This document shows positions 1-8,627 of a stretch of 11,303 nucleotides of DNA, piece after piece. The stretch comes from Paraspadella gotoi (taxonomy: Eukaryota; Animalia; Chaetognatha), in contig JBJCIZ010001152.1 in the NCBI GenBank assembly GCA_051294375.1, forward strand, positions 1-11,303. Reading direction: 5' to 3'. The notes under the pieces are model-generated. The model did no database searches and was not told the DNA's origin. It saw only the letters and a list, made by a program, of their open reading frames with translations. Both the position numbers and the translations under genes were made by a program. How positions within the stretch are numbered: position 1 is the stretch's first letter; the number at the start of each line of letters is the position of its first letter.

Positions 1-270
1 GAGTAAGGGGTGGAAACGGTGAAGTGTGAGAAGGGTGGAGAGGGGGAGTGTTGGAAGTGGCAGGAGGGAAAGTAAGGGAAGAAGAAAAGGTGGTGATGAA
101 TGAGACGAGACGAGATTCGAGATAACGGAGAAGGACACGGAAGAGATGAGAGATACTGGATGATCGAGAGCATAAGCAGAGAGAGAGGAGACGAAGACGG
201 ACGAGGACGTAGGAGCGATAGGAGGAGAGGAGTGAGAGAGAGAGAGGGGACGCAGACGAGATGCAGAAGA
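1..270. repeat. Purine-rich (GA/GGA/GAC) low-complexity tract
   Basis: Mostly A/G with GAGA and GACGA runs. ORF 100-288 is a by-product of this composition. Confidence 0.8.
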
Positions 271-408
271 TTCCGGAACTTTCCTTGACGGAAACAAAAA
301 TTTCCGTTTTTTCACTGTCGTCAAATCAGGCCGCGAAATGAAGAGCTTTCATGATGGGAAACGAAAGACGAGGAAATTTTTTTAGGTTTTTTTTTTCCAC
401 AAAATTCA

Positions 409-457
409 GTCGTTCGTGTCTCGTCGTCGTCGTCGTCTCGTCGTCATCGTCGTCGTC
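409..457. repeat. Imperfect (GTC)n microsatellite
   Basis: tcgtcgtcgtcgtcgtctcgtcgtcatcgtcgtcgtc, followed by a TCTT-rich tail. Confidence 0.9.
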
Positions 458-561
458 CTGTCTTCTTCTTTTGTCTTTTCTTCAACCTTCTTCTTTCCTA
501 CTCTTACCTCGAAACCGAATCTAAAACCCAAATTCTAACCATACATCTTGCAGAATCTCGT

Positions 562-562
<1 letters not shown>

Positions 563-603
<41 letters not shown>

Positions 604-630
604 TTCTCTCTCTCTCTCTTCTCTCTCTCT
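563..630. repeat. (CT)n microsatellite
   Basis: Near-perfect CT dinucleotide run with two short interruptions. Confidence 0.95.
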
Positions 631-639
631 TCACATTCC

Positions 640-651
640 GTTCACGTGAAC
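640..651. promoter_or_regulatory. Palindromic E-box GTTCACGTGAAC (TCACGTGA core)
   Basis: Perfect 12-bp palindrome seen directly. TCACGTGA is the known bHLH-ZIP (TFEB/HLH-30/USF class) site. Function is not shown. Confidence 0.35.
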
Positions 652-1317
652 ACAACAGTCACGCGAACCCTTCGAAGAAGCGTAAAGAGAAAGTGCTGGA
701 TTCCAGCGGTGGAATATTAAAAATTAAAAAAAAAATATTTAATAAAAATAAGATATTCCGCTTTTTGCTCGACACCTGTTGGATACGCGAACGCGGCGCC
801 AACGTTCTCGTAGAAGTCGCGTTGACGGATACGGATTGACGGAATTGGTTTGACGCGCGGAAGGGAAAAAGGTATACGGACGTTGGTGTTGGGCGCTGGA
901 GGTTAGCGATTCTGGGCGCAACAGGGCTGAGTACTGTGGCTAAAGGGCCGTGGCCAAATTGGCGGTGCCAAAAGCTGAGGTCTTAGGGAAGAAGAAGGGA
1001 AAAGATTTATTTCTATTTGGATGACGAGGAATCAAAAACAGAATTAATTTTTATTTTAGGAAATATATTAAATTGTTGAATGTATATGTATTTTAGAGGA
1101 AAAATTGTTTTTTTTCTTGATCAAAAAACCAACGATATATAGTAAATAGTACTCATACCCATATAATATGTGTTTGTATAAATAAGTAACCTCCACATTT
1201 TTCATATAGACTGGTATATAGTTTTATAATATTAATCCATATGGGGCTGCTCACACTTAAATTCCGATGTAAAGTTTATGTTATGACAACTTAATTAACC
1301 CGACTGTTCCTTTTCAG

Positions 1318-1437
1318 AATCTTCGGCGGCGCTGCCCTCGCATCTCCGCCCGGTCTCAATCTCTTCATCCCCGCCCGCCTGTCGGATCCACATTGCGGCC
1401 GTCGCCTTTCATCCGGATCCTTAAGGCCTCCGTCGAG
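1318..1437 (+). CDS. Candidate internal coding exon (120 nt) of an unidentified spliced gene
   Basis: Acceptor ttccttttcag ends at 1317 with a branch-like ttaattaac at 1291-1299. Donor is AG|gtgagt at 1438. GC is 77/120 against an AT-rich upstream flank, and the length is divisible by 3. The phase-2 frame reads IFGGAALASPPGLNLFIPARLSDPHCGRRLSSGSLRPPS; the phase-0 frame is also open. No homology recognised. Confidence 0.55.
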
Positions 1438-1534
1438 GTGAGTCGAGATATGCACATCCCAGGGTTAGAGGATAAGGGCCTTCTGCGGGGTTCTAGAACA
1501 CATCATGGCTTTCGTTATCACTAAAATTGGCACC

Positions 1535-1745
1535 ATTCGGGTTGGGCAAATCCGGTTGTTCGCACTTTCCGGTCTTTAACATCAGAGTTGGCCTTTCCGA
1601 TTTGAGGAATCAGAGTTCGCGGCATTCTGGGTTGACACTTTTTCAGGATTAGGGCGTATCCGTGGTGCGTCGCTTTCCCGAATAGAACATCTATTGGTTG
1701 TCGTAATCCGTTTGGAGGCAAACTGAGCAGAACATCCGGTTTTTA
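1535..1745. repeat. Degenerate minisatellite, ~14-16 bp monomer / ~28 bp dimer (WTCCGGTT-like core)
   Basis: ATCAGAGTT at 1581 and 1609, and CTTTCCG at 1565 and 1593, are both 28 bp apart. TCCGGTT occurs at 1551 and 1735, and AACATC at 1578, 1686 and 1731. Confidence 0.55.
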
Positions 1746-2049
1746 CGGAAATTATAGTTTTTTTAAACGTATCGATTGACATCGCGAAACAACATCGAAA
1801 TTTTATCAAAACAATTAACAAATTCAAACAATTACAAAAAAAAACCACAACCCGAAATCAGAGAAACATCTTCACTCGAACGGGTACACTTGTAGCACCA
1901 CGAAACAGTCGAGCTACAATCTGACTTCGTTTTTTTTTTACGTCCGGGTTCGAACCAACTCATTCATTTGGCATAAAGCACGTCTATTTAACATAATAGC
2001 GCTCGACCAGAACCATCAACCCTCGCGTTTTATGAAGCGAAAGCCCTGA

Positions 2050-2400
2050 ACGCAGAGGGAGAGAGGGAGGGAAAAGGGGACGAGAGCAGGAGCAAGAGAG
2101 GAAGGGAGAGAAAAGGAAGAGAGAGAGAGCGAGAGAAGGAAGAGAGAAAAAGCGAAGGAGAGAATGAAGCTGAGAGAGGAGAAGAAGAAAAGGACAGGAG
2201 ACGAAGCGAGAGAGGAAGACGACAGAAAAGGAAGGAGAGAGGAGCGCATGAGAGGAAGAGAGAAAAGGAAGGAGAGAGAGCGAAAGAGAGAGAGAGAGAG
2301 AGCCGAAGGAGGTAGCGAGGAGAGATGGCGAAGCAGAGCGAAGAGAGAGAGAGCGCAAGGAGACGAGAGCAAGAGAGAGGAGACCGGAGAAAAGTCAAGC
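2050..2400. repeat. Purine-rich cryptic GA satellite block 1
   Basis: About 350 bp with very few T, built of GAGAG/GAAG/GCGA words. It is open in several frames on both strands because of composition. Confidence 0.85.
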
Positions 2401-2814
2401 GGTGAGAGCATGGGGTTTATGTCTATACTCGGGATTTGCGGGCTTCGGAAGCCATGGTGTCCGGGCCAACCGAGCCTTTGCCACCATGGCCGGACCACTT
2501 CGGCCCGGCCAATTCTTCTGCCGCCGCGGACTCGAGGGTCGCGCGGCGGATCGAAGAGAAAATTATCTCTGATCGCGGGAAAGAAATCCTGCGGTGATCA
2601 ACAGCGACGAATGATCGCGGATCGTTGCGTCGCGGACTGAGATTTCTTTTTAGTTTTTTACTTAATATTTTGGGAAATAATTGCCTTTCTTTTGTCGTAG
2701 TTCTTTGAGACAACGAATTTAGATATTTCAAAAAAAAATATCATTATAGCTACATGATGAAAAAAAAGAAAAAAAAAATAAATAATCCTAAAATCCAGAA
2801 TTAAAAAAAACACA

Positions 2815-3085
2815 TATTTTTCCCCCATCTCTCTCTTTCTCCATTTTTCAATGAGTTTTTTTCCTTTTATTTATTATCAACCGCAATCTTTTTCTCCTTC
2901 CTAATATCTCTTTACTTCTTTATTCCCTAACTTTTATACCCTTAGGTTCCTTTCTTTTTCTCTCTCTTTTTCCCCGTCCTTAACTTGACCCCCTTTCTTT
3001 TTCTCTCCTTTTTTTCTGCCCTATCCAGTATTTTTATTTTACTTTCTACCCAATTTTTTTTATGTTTTCTTTACCCTATTTTTAT
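2815..3085. repeat. Pyrimidine-rich low-complexity tract
   Basis: T/C-dominated sequence with very few G. Confidence 0.7.
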
Positions 3086-3199
3086 ATCAATACTTCAAGA
3101 CATATGTAATAATTGCTCGGTCTAGAAACAAATAACTTAATTCATACCAAATTTCTCATACTGTACTCAAGCGACGTCCGGTTAAGATGTAATTTTGAC

Positions 3200-3398
3200 T
3201 TTTTTACAAGCCTTCTTCAGCGTCAATTTAGTTTTGTGAAAATATTAGACTAGATTTTTGTGATAAGAAGGAGAAAATGTCGAGAGAGAGAGACGAGGGC
3301 AAAGCTTTCTCTGTTTCTCCTCTCTCTCCCCATCTTCTAAATCCTCGGTAATTTAATTTCACAAACTAAATTGACGCGTGAAGAAGGCTTGTAAAAAA
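3200..3398. mobile_element. Foldback / MITE-like non-autonomous DNA element
   Basis: Left arm 3200-3241 (ttttttacaagccttcttcagcgtcaatttagttttgtgaaa) is the reverse complement of right arm 3357-3398 apart from two 1-nt indels. TA dinucleotides at 3205-3206 and 3392-3393 flank CAAGCC...GGCTTG. No coding capacity. Confidence 0.65.
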
Positions 3399-4528
3399 AT
3401 AAATTGTTATTGCCAATTATTTTTCAAACTCTGCTTCTCTAATCTCTAATTCACACACGAGAAGAATAGAATTACAAAAACAATGCATTTACATCAAATG
3501 TATAATTTGAAATATAAATATATATGCAACGAATACAGTACATTTTCCTTACAAATTTAAATTCTTAAAATGAAAAACTTTTTATTTCTATTTGGGTTGT
3601 TAAAAAAATACATAATTATTCTTTTTCTTTCCCTCTTTAGAACGAAACAAAGAAAGCTAACATGAAATAAAAAAATGCAAATGAATGAAAATAATTAATA
3701 TAAAAAAAAATTAATTATAAAAATTTTAAGAATTAATAATAGAAGGAGGGAGGAATCTTTTTAAAAAGACATAAGGCCTAACTAAAAGTATCCTTGTCCA
3801 ATTGGATGATATGAAACTTTTTAAATTTAAAACGGAACAAAAAGTAATTTATTAATCAATAACATATCCGATCAATAGTTCAATCAATTAAAACCATTCA
3901 ATCAAATAAACTAATATTCATATGTTTATCTTTTATGAATTATGCGTCATAGTTATGAAAGACTACCAACTAAAAAAATAATGAGAAAGAGAAATAGAGA
4001 AAAGAAAAAGCAAAAGAGGAAGAGAAGCAGACACGAACGGAGAACGAGAAAATTAATATAAAATTAGAATTAAATTGTGCTTATTCTCTTCTTTGACTTT
4101 TTCTATATTTGTATATTATGCTTAAGGCAATAAGAAAAAAACCCTTGTATGCAAGATTAAGCTGATAAGCTCAATTATCCATGCGGTAATATCAAGATAG
4201 GTTTGCTCAAAACCAATTTTTTCTATTTAACTAACTCTTAAAATTGGTTGTTTTGTTAAATCATTTAGTATTTTTTAAAATTTAAAGTTTGAATTATAAA
4301 ATTAAACGATTTTAACTGTTAACGCTTAAAATGTTAGTTTTAACGCGTTAATGCGATAATTTCGCTGAAAAATTAAACAGTTTAACGAAAAACTCTTAGT
4401 CTCGCATTCGGCGACTTTCACGCTCCGTCGGCGGTTTATCGCGGACTCCGATCATTGAAGCCCGGAAATGCGCGGCGAGAGCGGAAGAAAAAGAGCAAGA
4501 GAAGAGAATAGAGAAAGAGAATGAACCC

Positions 4529-4556
4529 GTCAGGTGACGTCAGGTTCGGGTCAGGT
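4529..4556. promoter_or_regulatory. Three phased GTCAGGT repeats with an embedded full CRE palindrome (TGACGTCA, 4535-4542)
   Basis: GTCAGGT starts at 4529, 4539 and 4550. TGACGTCA is the canonical CREB/ATF site. Confidence 0.35.
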
Positions 4557-4664
4557 CCCGACCTATGAGACCGCGCGGAGGAGAAGAGAACAATAGCCGG
4601 AAGCCGCGGGAAAAAAATAGAGTGACCGATAATGGCGTCCGCGAACTTCAAGTATATGCCTCGT

Positions 4665-5155
4665 GGAAAGGATGGGAAAGGATCGCAGGAGACCGAGGAG
4701 GAAGAGAGAAAGTAATGAAGCGAGAGAGCGAGGGGAAAGAACCGAAGGAAGAGAAGCGTAGAAAGTAATGAAAGTGGAGGAGTGACGAGAAGTGAGAGCT
4801 GGAAGAAAGAGAGACGAGATCCGAAGGAGAGAGAGCGAGAGCAGGAGAAGTAGAAAAAGTGAAGGGGAGAGACTAAGAGAGAAAGAGAGAAGAAGATGAG
4901 AGACCGAGAGCAGAAGAAGGGAGAGAGAGCGAGAGAAGAGAAGAGCCGAGAGAGAGAGCGAGATGAAGGAGAGAGAAATATACAGGGGACAGAGCGGAGA
5001 GAGGTTAAGAAGAGAGAGAGCGAAGGAGACGAGAGCAGACCAGAGAGGAAGATGAGAAAGAGTAAGGGAGAGGCAGCGACGAGAGAAGAGACCGAGCAGA
5101 GCGAAGAGAGAGATGAGAGAGCCGAGAGAGTAGAGGAGACAAGGAGGGAAAGACA
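4665..5155. repeat. Purine-rich cryptic GA satellite block 2
   Basis: About 490 bp of GA-rich sequence with recurring GAGACGAG/GAGACCGAG/GAGCGA words. It explains the four overlapping ORFs called here. Confidence 0.85.
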
Positions 5156-5456
5156 TAATTGGAAACTTATTACCACCGACAATATTTCTATGGATAAAGA
5201 TTAATTTGCAGTTTTTTTAACCTAATTTATTTTCTCTTCTGGTCTACAATTCATTCTCAACCAATATTTTTTTAAATATATCGTTCATTTGGAAAATGAG
5301 GAAAACAAAACAAAACATTCGGTGTGCACATTTTGTAGGACTGGTAATATAGCTCATTATTGCTCGCGTAAAAAAAAGTAGCGATTTTTAAAAAATTTCC
5401 GATTTTTTAAATTCTTGGCGACGTAAAACTGAACGACCACTTGCTTATATCTAGTT

Positions 5457-5559
5457 CTACTACTACTACTAACTACTACTACTACTACATACTTACTACT
5501 ACTGACTACTACTACTACTTACTACCTACTCACACTCACTTACCTAGCCACTACTACTA
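5457..5559. repeat. (TAC)n microsatellite, decaying toward the 3' end
   Basis: ctactactactactaactactactactactacat... Confidence 0.95.
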
Positions 5560-5717
5560 ATTTTTTTATCACTAACTGTTAAAAACCAAGTCCTGCCCCC
5601 CCTTCGACCTTCATTATCCCTCTCCTACCTATACCTGCCGCGTCTTCGACCTTTTCCTGCGCTTCAAATCGATATCAAGACGACGATATCCCCTCCCCTC
5701 TCCCCCTCCTCCTCTTT

Positions 5718-5734
5718 CCCTCCCCTCCCTCCCC
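5718..5734 (-). other. Canonical G-quadruplex motif GGGG-A-GGG-A-GGGG-A-GGG
   Basis: The + strand reads ccctcccctccctcccc, giving four G-runs with 1-nt loops on the minus strand. Extra runs lie at 5690-5706. Confidence 0.6.
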
Positions 5735-6618
5735 GCTCTCGCCTGATCCCCCCTTCTTCCTCTTTTCGGGTACGATCATTGAATTCTTCTCCTCCTCCCG
5801 ATGTTTCCCAAAATAGACGACGAGTATATAACGAGATTATGGTCCCCGCCCATCGGACGCCATACGGCGTCACGCGGCGGAGCGCCCCTCCTCTTCCCTT
5901 TTTCAACCCCTCTTCCTCTTGCGCACCCATTTTTCCCTCGGCCCTGTACCATCCCCTCTCTTTGGAAAAGACGAGCCTACGGGCCAAACAGGGAGCGACA
6001 CATCGAGCTCCTTCCCCCTTTTGTTTCTTATTCTTCTTCTTTTTTTTTGTAACCGTCTTCTTTTTTCTTTGAGTTAACCTTTTTTTTTTTAAAGCGAAAA
6101 AGAGTCAGTGTCATTGTCGATCCATAGTCGTCTCTTTTTTTTCTCTCTTTGACCCGTGGAGCGATAAAATGACCCGATACCCACCGAGCGGCTGCCCATT
6201 ACTCGCTTTAGTCTGAGTCACACCGCATCTCGGATCTTACGTTATGCATCAATTTCTGGGAGTAAATATCCTTTAACAAGTGTAACCTACTATGCTATAC
6301 ATTGATAAAAAGATACAACAGACTCGATCTTTTCCATCATTTTCCTTTTTTTTTCGTTTCACGACGGATTCTCACAAGAGAAACAGTGAAGCAAAAATTG
6401 AGAGATCGCAGAGGAAAGACAGAAACTCAACAAATACGTAATCATCAGTTCTCCTCTTTTTTTTTTGCAACTTTAAATCCAGATGTTCCTCTCGAAGTAG
6501 TTCGCATGACCCTAAGGTTTCAATGTTGGCGCCATCTGCGCTGAAAAGATAAACCAAAACAAGCACGAGGAAAAAACTGCGACTTTCACAAGTGGAGTCG
6601 ATTTTATCTTTTTCCCGA

Positions 6619-6632
6619 TCGTCGTCGTCGTC

Positions 6633-6664
<32 letters not shown>
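6619..6664. repeat. (TCG)n microsatellite
   Basis: About 15 units with one TCC interruption. It is the source of the poly-S/D/T stretches in the ORF track. Confidence 0.95.
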
Positions 6665-6722
6665 TCTTCCTTTCTTCTTTCTCCCGCAAATCAAGAGATA
6701 TGCGAAAAACCCGGCAAATCGG

Positions 6723-6814
6723 GCGAATCGGCCGGGACATCCGCCGAGAGGAGCGGGTCGGCCGCGGGGATCCGCCGGAAGAAGCGAATCGGCAGCCGGG
6801 ATCCGCTGAGAAAA
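6723..6814. repeat. GC-rich minisatellite, 3 x 30-31 bp
   Basis: gcgaatcggccgggacatccgccgagagga / gcgggtcggccgcggggatccgccggaagaa / gcgaatcggcagccgggatccgctgagaaaa. Confidence 0.75.
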
Positions 6815-6980
6815 TTCCGGAGGAAAAAGAGGAAAAGAAAATTGATAAAAAGTCGAATGGAGGAAAGAAAAGAGAAAGTGAAAAAAAAAAATTGGGAATT
6901 GAGCTAAAAAAAAAAAGGAGAAAAAAGGATGAAGCGAAATAGGAAAATGGAAAAATAATAAAGAAAAACGCAACAAGAAG

Positions 6981-7119
6981 GAGAGAGAGAGAGAGAGCGA
7001 GACAGTTATATAAAATGGAAAGTAATGAATTGGAAAAACGAGGAGAGAGAGATGAGAGAGAGAGAGAGAGACGAGAGAGACGAGAGAGAAGAGAGAAGAG
7101 AGAGAGGAGAGCAGGAGAG

Positions 7120-7150
<31 letters not shown>
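6981..7150. repeat. (GA)n microsatellite complex
   Basis: Long interrupted GA runs at 6981-7001 and 7040-7150. Confidence 0.9.
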
Positions 7151-7151
<1 letters not shown>

Positions 7152-7237
7152 ATCGGAAATCTGTCATTAAAAGTAAGAATAAGAAGGATGTGGGCGATGA
7201 AGGGAGAATTAGAGACTCAGTCACTCAGCAGTCATCA

Positions 7238-7252
7238 ACGTGATCACGTGAC
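7238..7252. promoter_or_regulatory. Overlapping palindromes ACGTGATCACGT and TCACGTGAC (E-box)
   Basis: 12-bp palindrome at 7238-7249 and TCACGTGA at 7244-7251, about 500 bp upstream of the candidate exon at 7759. Confidence 0.35.
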
Positions 7253-7468
7253 TTACATAAAAATGAGAAAACGGAAACCGATACATTTAAAAGTAAAAAT
7301 ACTTTTCAGCTTCGGAAGAAAAGAAAAATGAGGAAAAAAAATTGATTCCTACCAACTTTAAGAATGCGGATAAAATAAAAAAAACAAAAGAAACGAAAGA
7401 GATAAATATTTAGGCGGAACTGAAAATTAATAAGTTCTGCCCCATTTCAAGCTCGAAGGATTTTGGAT

Positions 7469-7516
7469 AAGAAAGAGAAAGAGAGTGAGAGAGAGAGAGC
7501 GAGAGAGAGAGAGAGC
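7469..7516. repeat. (GA)n microsatellite
   Basis: gagagtgagagagagagagcgagagagagagagagc. Confidence 0.9.
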
Positions 7517-7758
7517 AGAAAATGTGACGAAGATTCACTCGAAGCAGAAAAAAACGAGGTTTAATGGAATAAGGGAAACGTGAGGCATTGTCTCGAGGCC
7601 TTGGTTAACGGCCTTCCTCCTCCACTTCCCCTTCTCCCTTGTATCAAACGGCCTATTCTCCTCATCCTCCTTTCCCCTTCCTCCTCCTCTTCCTCCTTCC
7701 TCATCCGTCCATCAGTCGCATTATCCCTTCGGAGCTGCCTACTTCAAACCCTATTCAG

Positions 7759-7779
7759 AAATAGCACTGAAATGGATCC
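7759..7779 (+). CDS. Candidate 21-nt microexon or alternative first coding exon (xNSTEMDP)
   Basis: Acceptor tattcag ends at 7758. Donor gtgagt at 7780-7785 is followed by T-rich sequence. The 21 nt are symmetric in phase 2 with no stop and an in-frame ATG at 7772. Confidence 0.4.
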
Positions 7780-8149
7780 GTGAGTTTTAATTTTCTTTTT
7801 TTGCGTGTGTCTGTTTTAAGAGAGGATTAAAAACGAGCTACATTTCACGAGGTTGAAATACGAAGCTAAGCCTAGGTTTTTTAAAAAAAAGTATTTAAAA
7901 AAGCCGCGCTCGATCAAAACTAGCAGAGTTTTACCATCGCAAACGACCAAGGCAACGCTGGGAGCACGGGAGGCAGGCGTCAACTATTGATTTATTTTTT
8001 TTAGTCGGTGGGGCGGGGGAGGGTTGGATAAGGGGGAGATTTTGAGAAAATCGTTGCGGCGACGAATTGTAAGAGAGAAAAGAGTTCTCGAATTTCTCGT
8101 TGCTCTCTCCTAGTACCGACCCTTGCTTAAACAATGAATTGAAAGGCAA

Positions 8150-8350
8150 ACAAGGAAAGAAAAACAGAGGAAAGAAAACAGAAAAATAATGAAAGGAAAG
8201 GAATCGGCATGGAAAAAAGAAAGAAAGAAAGAAAGAAAAAGAAAAAAAAAGTCGATGGGGGAAAATCGATTTAAAATCCTCGCGTCGATTCTCTTCAATT
8301 TTTTTTTCTCCTTTTTTTCCTTTTTTTTAATGTTTTTTTTTTCTTTTTGT
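8150..8350. repeat. A/G-rich tract with (AAAG)n followed by a T-rich tract
   Basis: aaagaaagaaagaaagaaagaaaaag near 8216-8241, then T-runs at 8299-8351. Confidence 0.7.
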
Positions 8351-8627
8351 TTAACTTCAAAGTCTATTGTTTTATATCATGCATTCAACGAAAAAAAATA
8401 TTAAAAAAAATACTCAAGACGAAAAATTTCCTATGAAAGGCGGTTTGATGACATGACATTTTTTTTCATGGTTCTGTTTATTGTTAGAATCTCTTGCGTA
8501 TATAAATATATATTATATCGCTTTTACCTTGCCTCATTGCCGAATTACAGATCCTATTCCTAATGTGTTTCTCCGAAGCGATTCGCTCCGGAACGACTCC
8601 GCTAATTAAGAACGTTAACCGTTCTAT

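Noticed and set aside
285-324. Small hairpin ACGGAAA-caaaaa-TTTCCGT followed by a T-run (terminator-like)
   Set aside because: Seven-bp AT-rich stems are expected by chance, and intrinsic terminators do not apply in this eukaryotic context.
1984-2640. Overlapping 122-160 aa ORFs (S/L/F-rich on minus, R/E/K-rich on plus)
   Set aside because: GA/CT tracts lack stop codons in most frames. There is no domain signal, and the ORFs are open on both strands at once.
4436-5204. 248-aa and 197-aa hydrophobic 'membrane-like' ORFs and their + strand counterparts
   Set aside because: They are translations of the GA satellite block; the hydrophobicity comes from CT-rich codons.
5602-5690. Direct repeat CTTCGACCTT (5602, 5644) and paired CGATATC words
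   Set aside because: They are too short and lie in biased sequence; there is no element structure between them.
6372-6976. ORFs with poly-Asp, poly-Thr and poly-Ser tracts
   Set aside because: These are three readings of the same (TCG)n microsatellite plus A-rich sequence.
6520-7426. Minus-strand exon chain (acceptors ttttcag at 7426-7420 and 6547-6541, donor gtaagt at 7256-7251, ATG-MYRFPFSHFY)
   Set aside because: Splicing in the implied phase hits a stop after six more codons. A non-coding antisense transcript cannot be excluded without RNA data.
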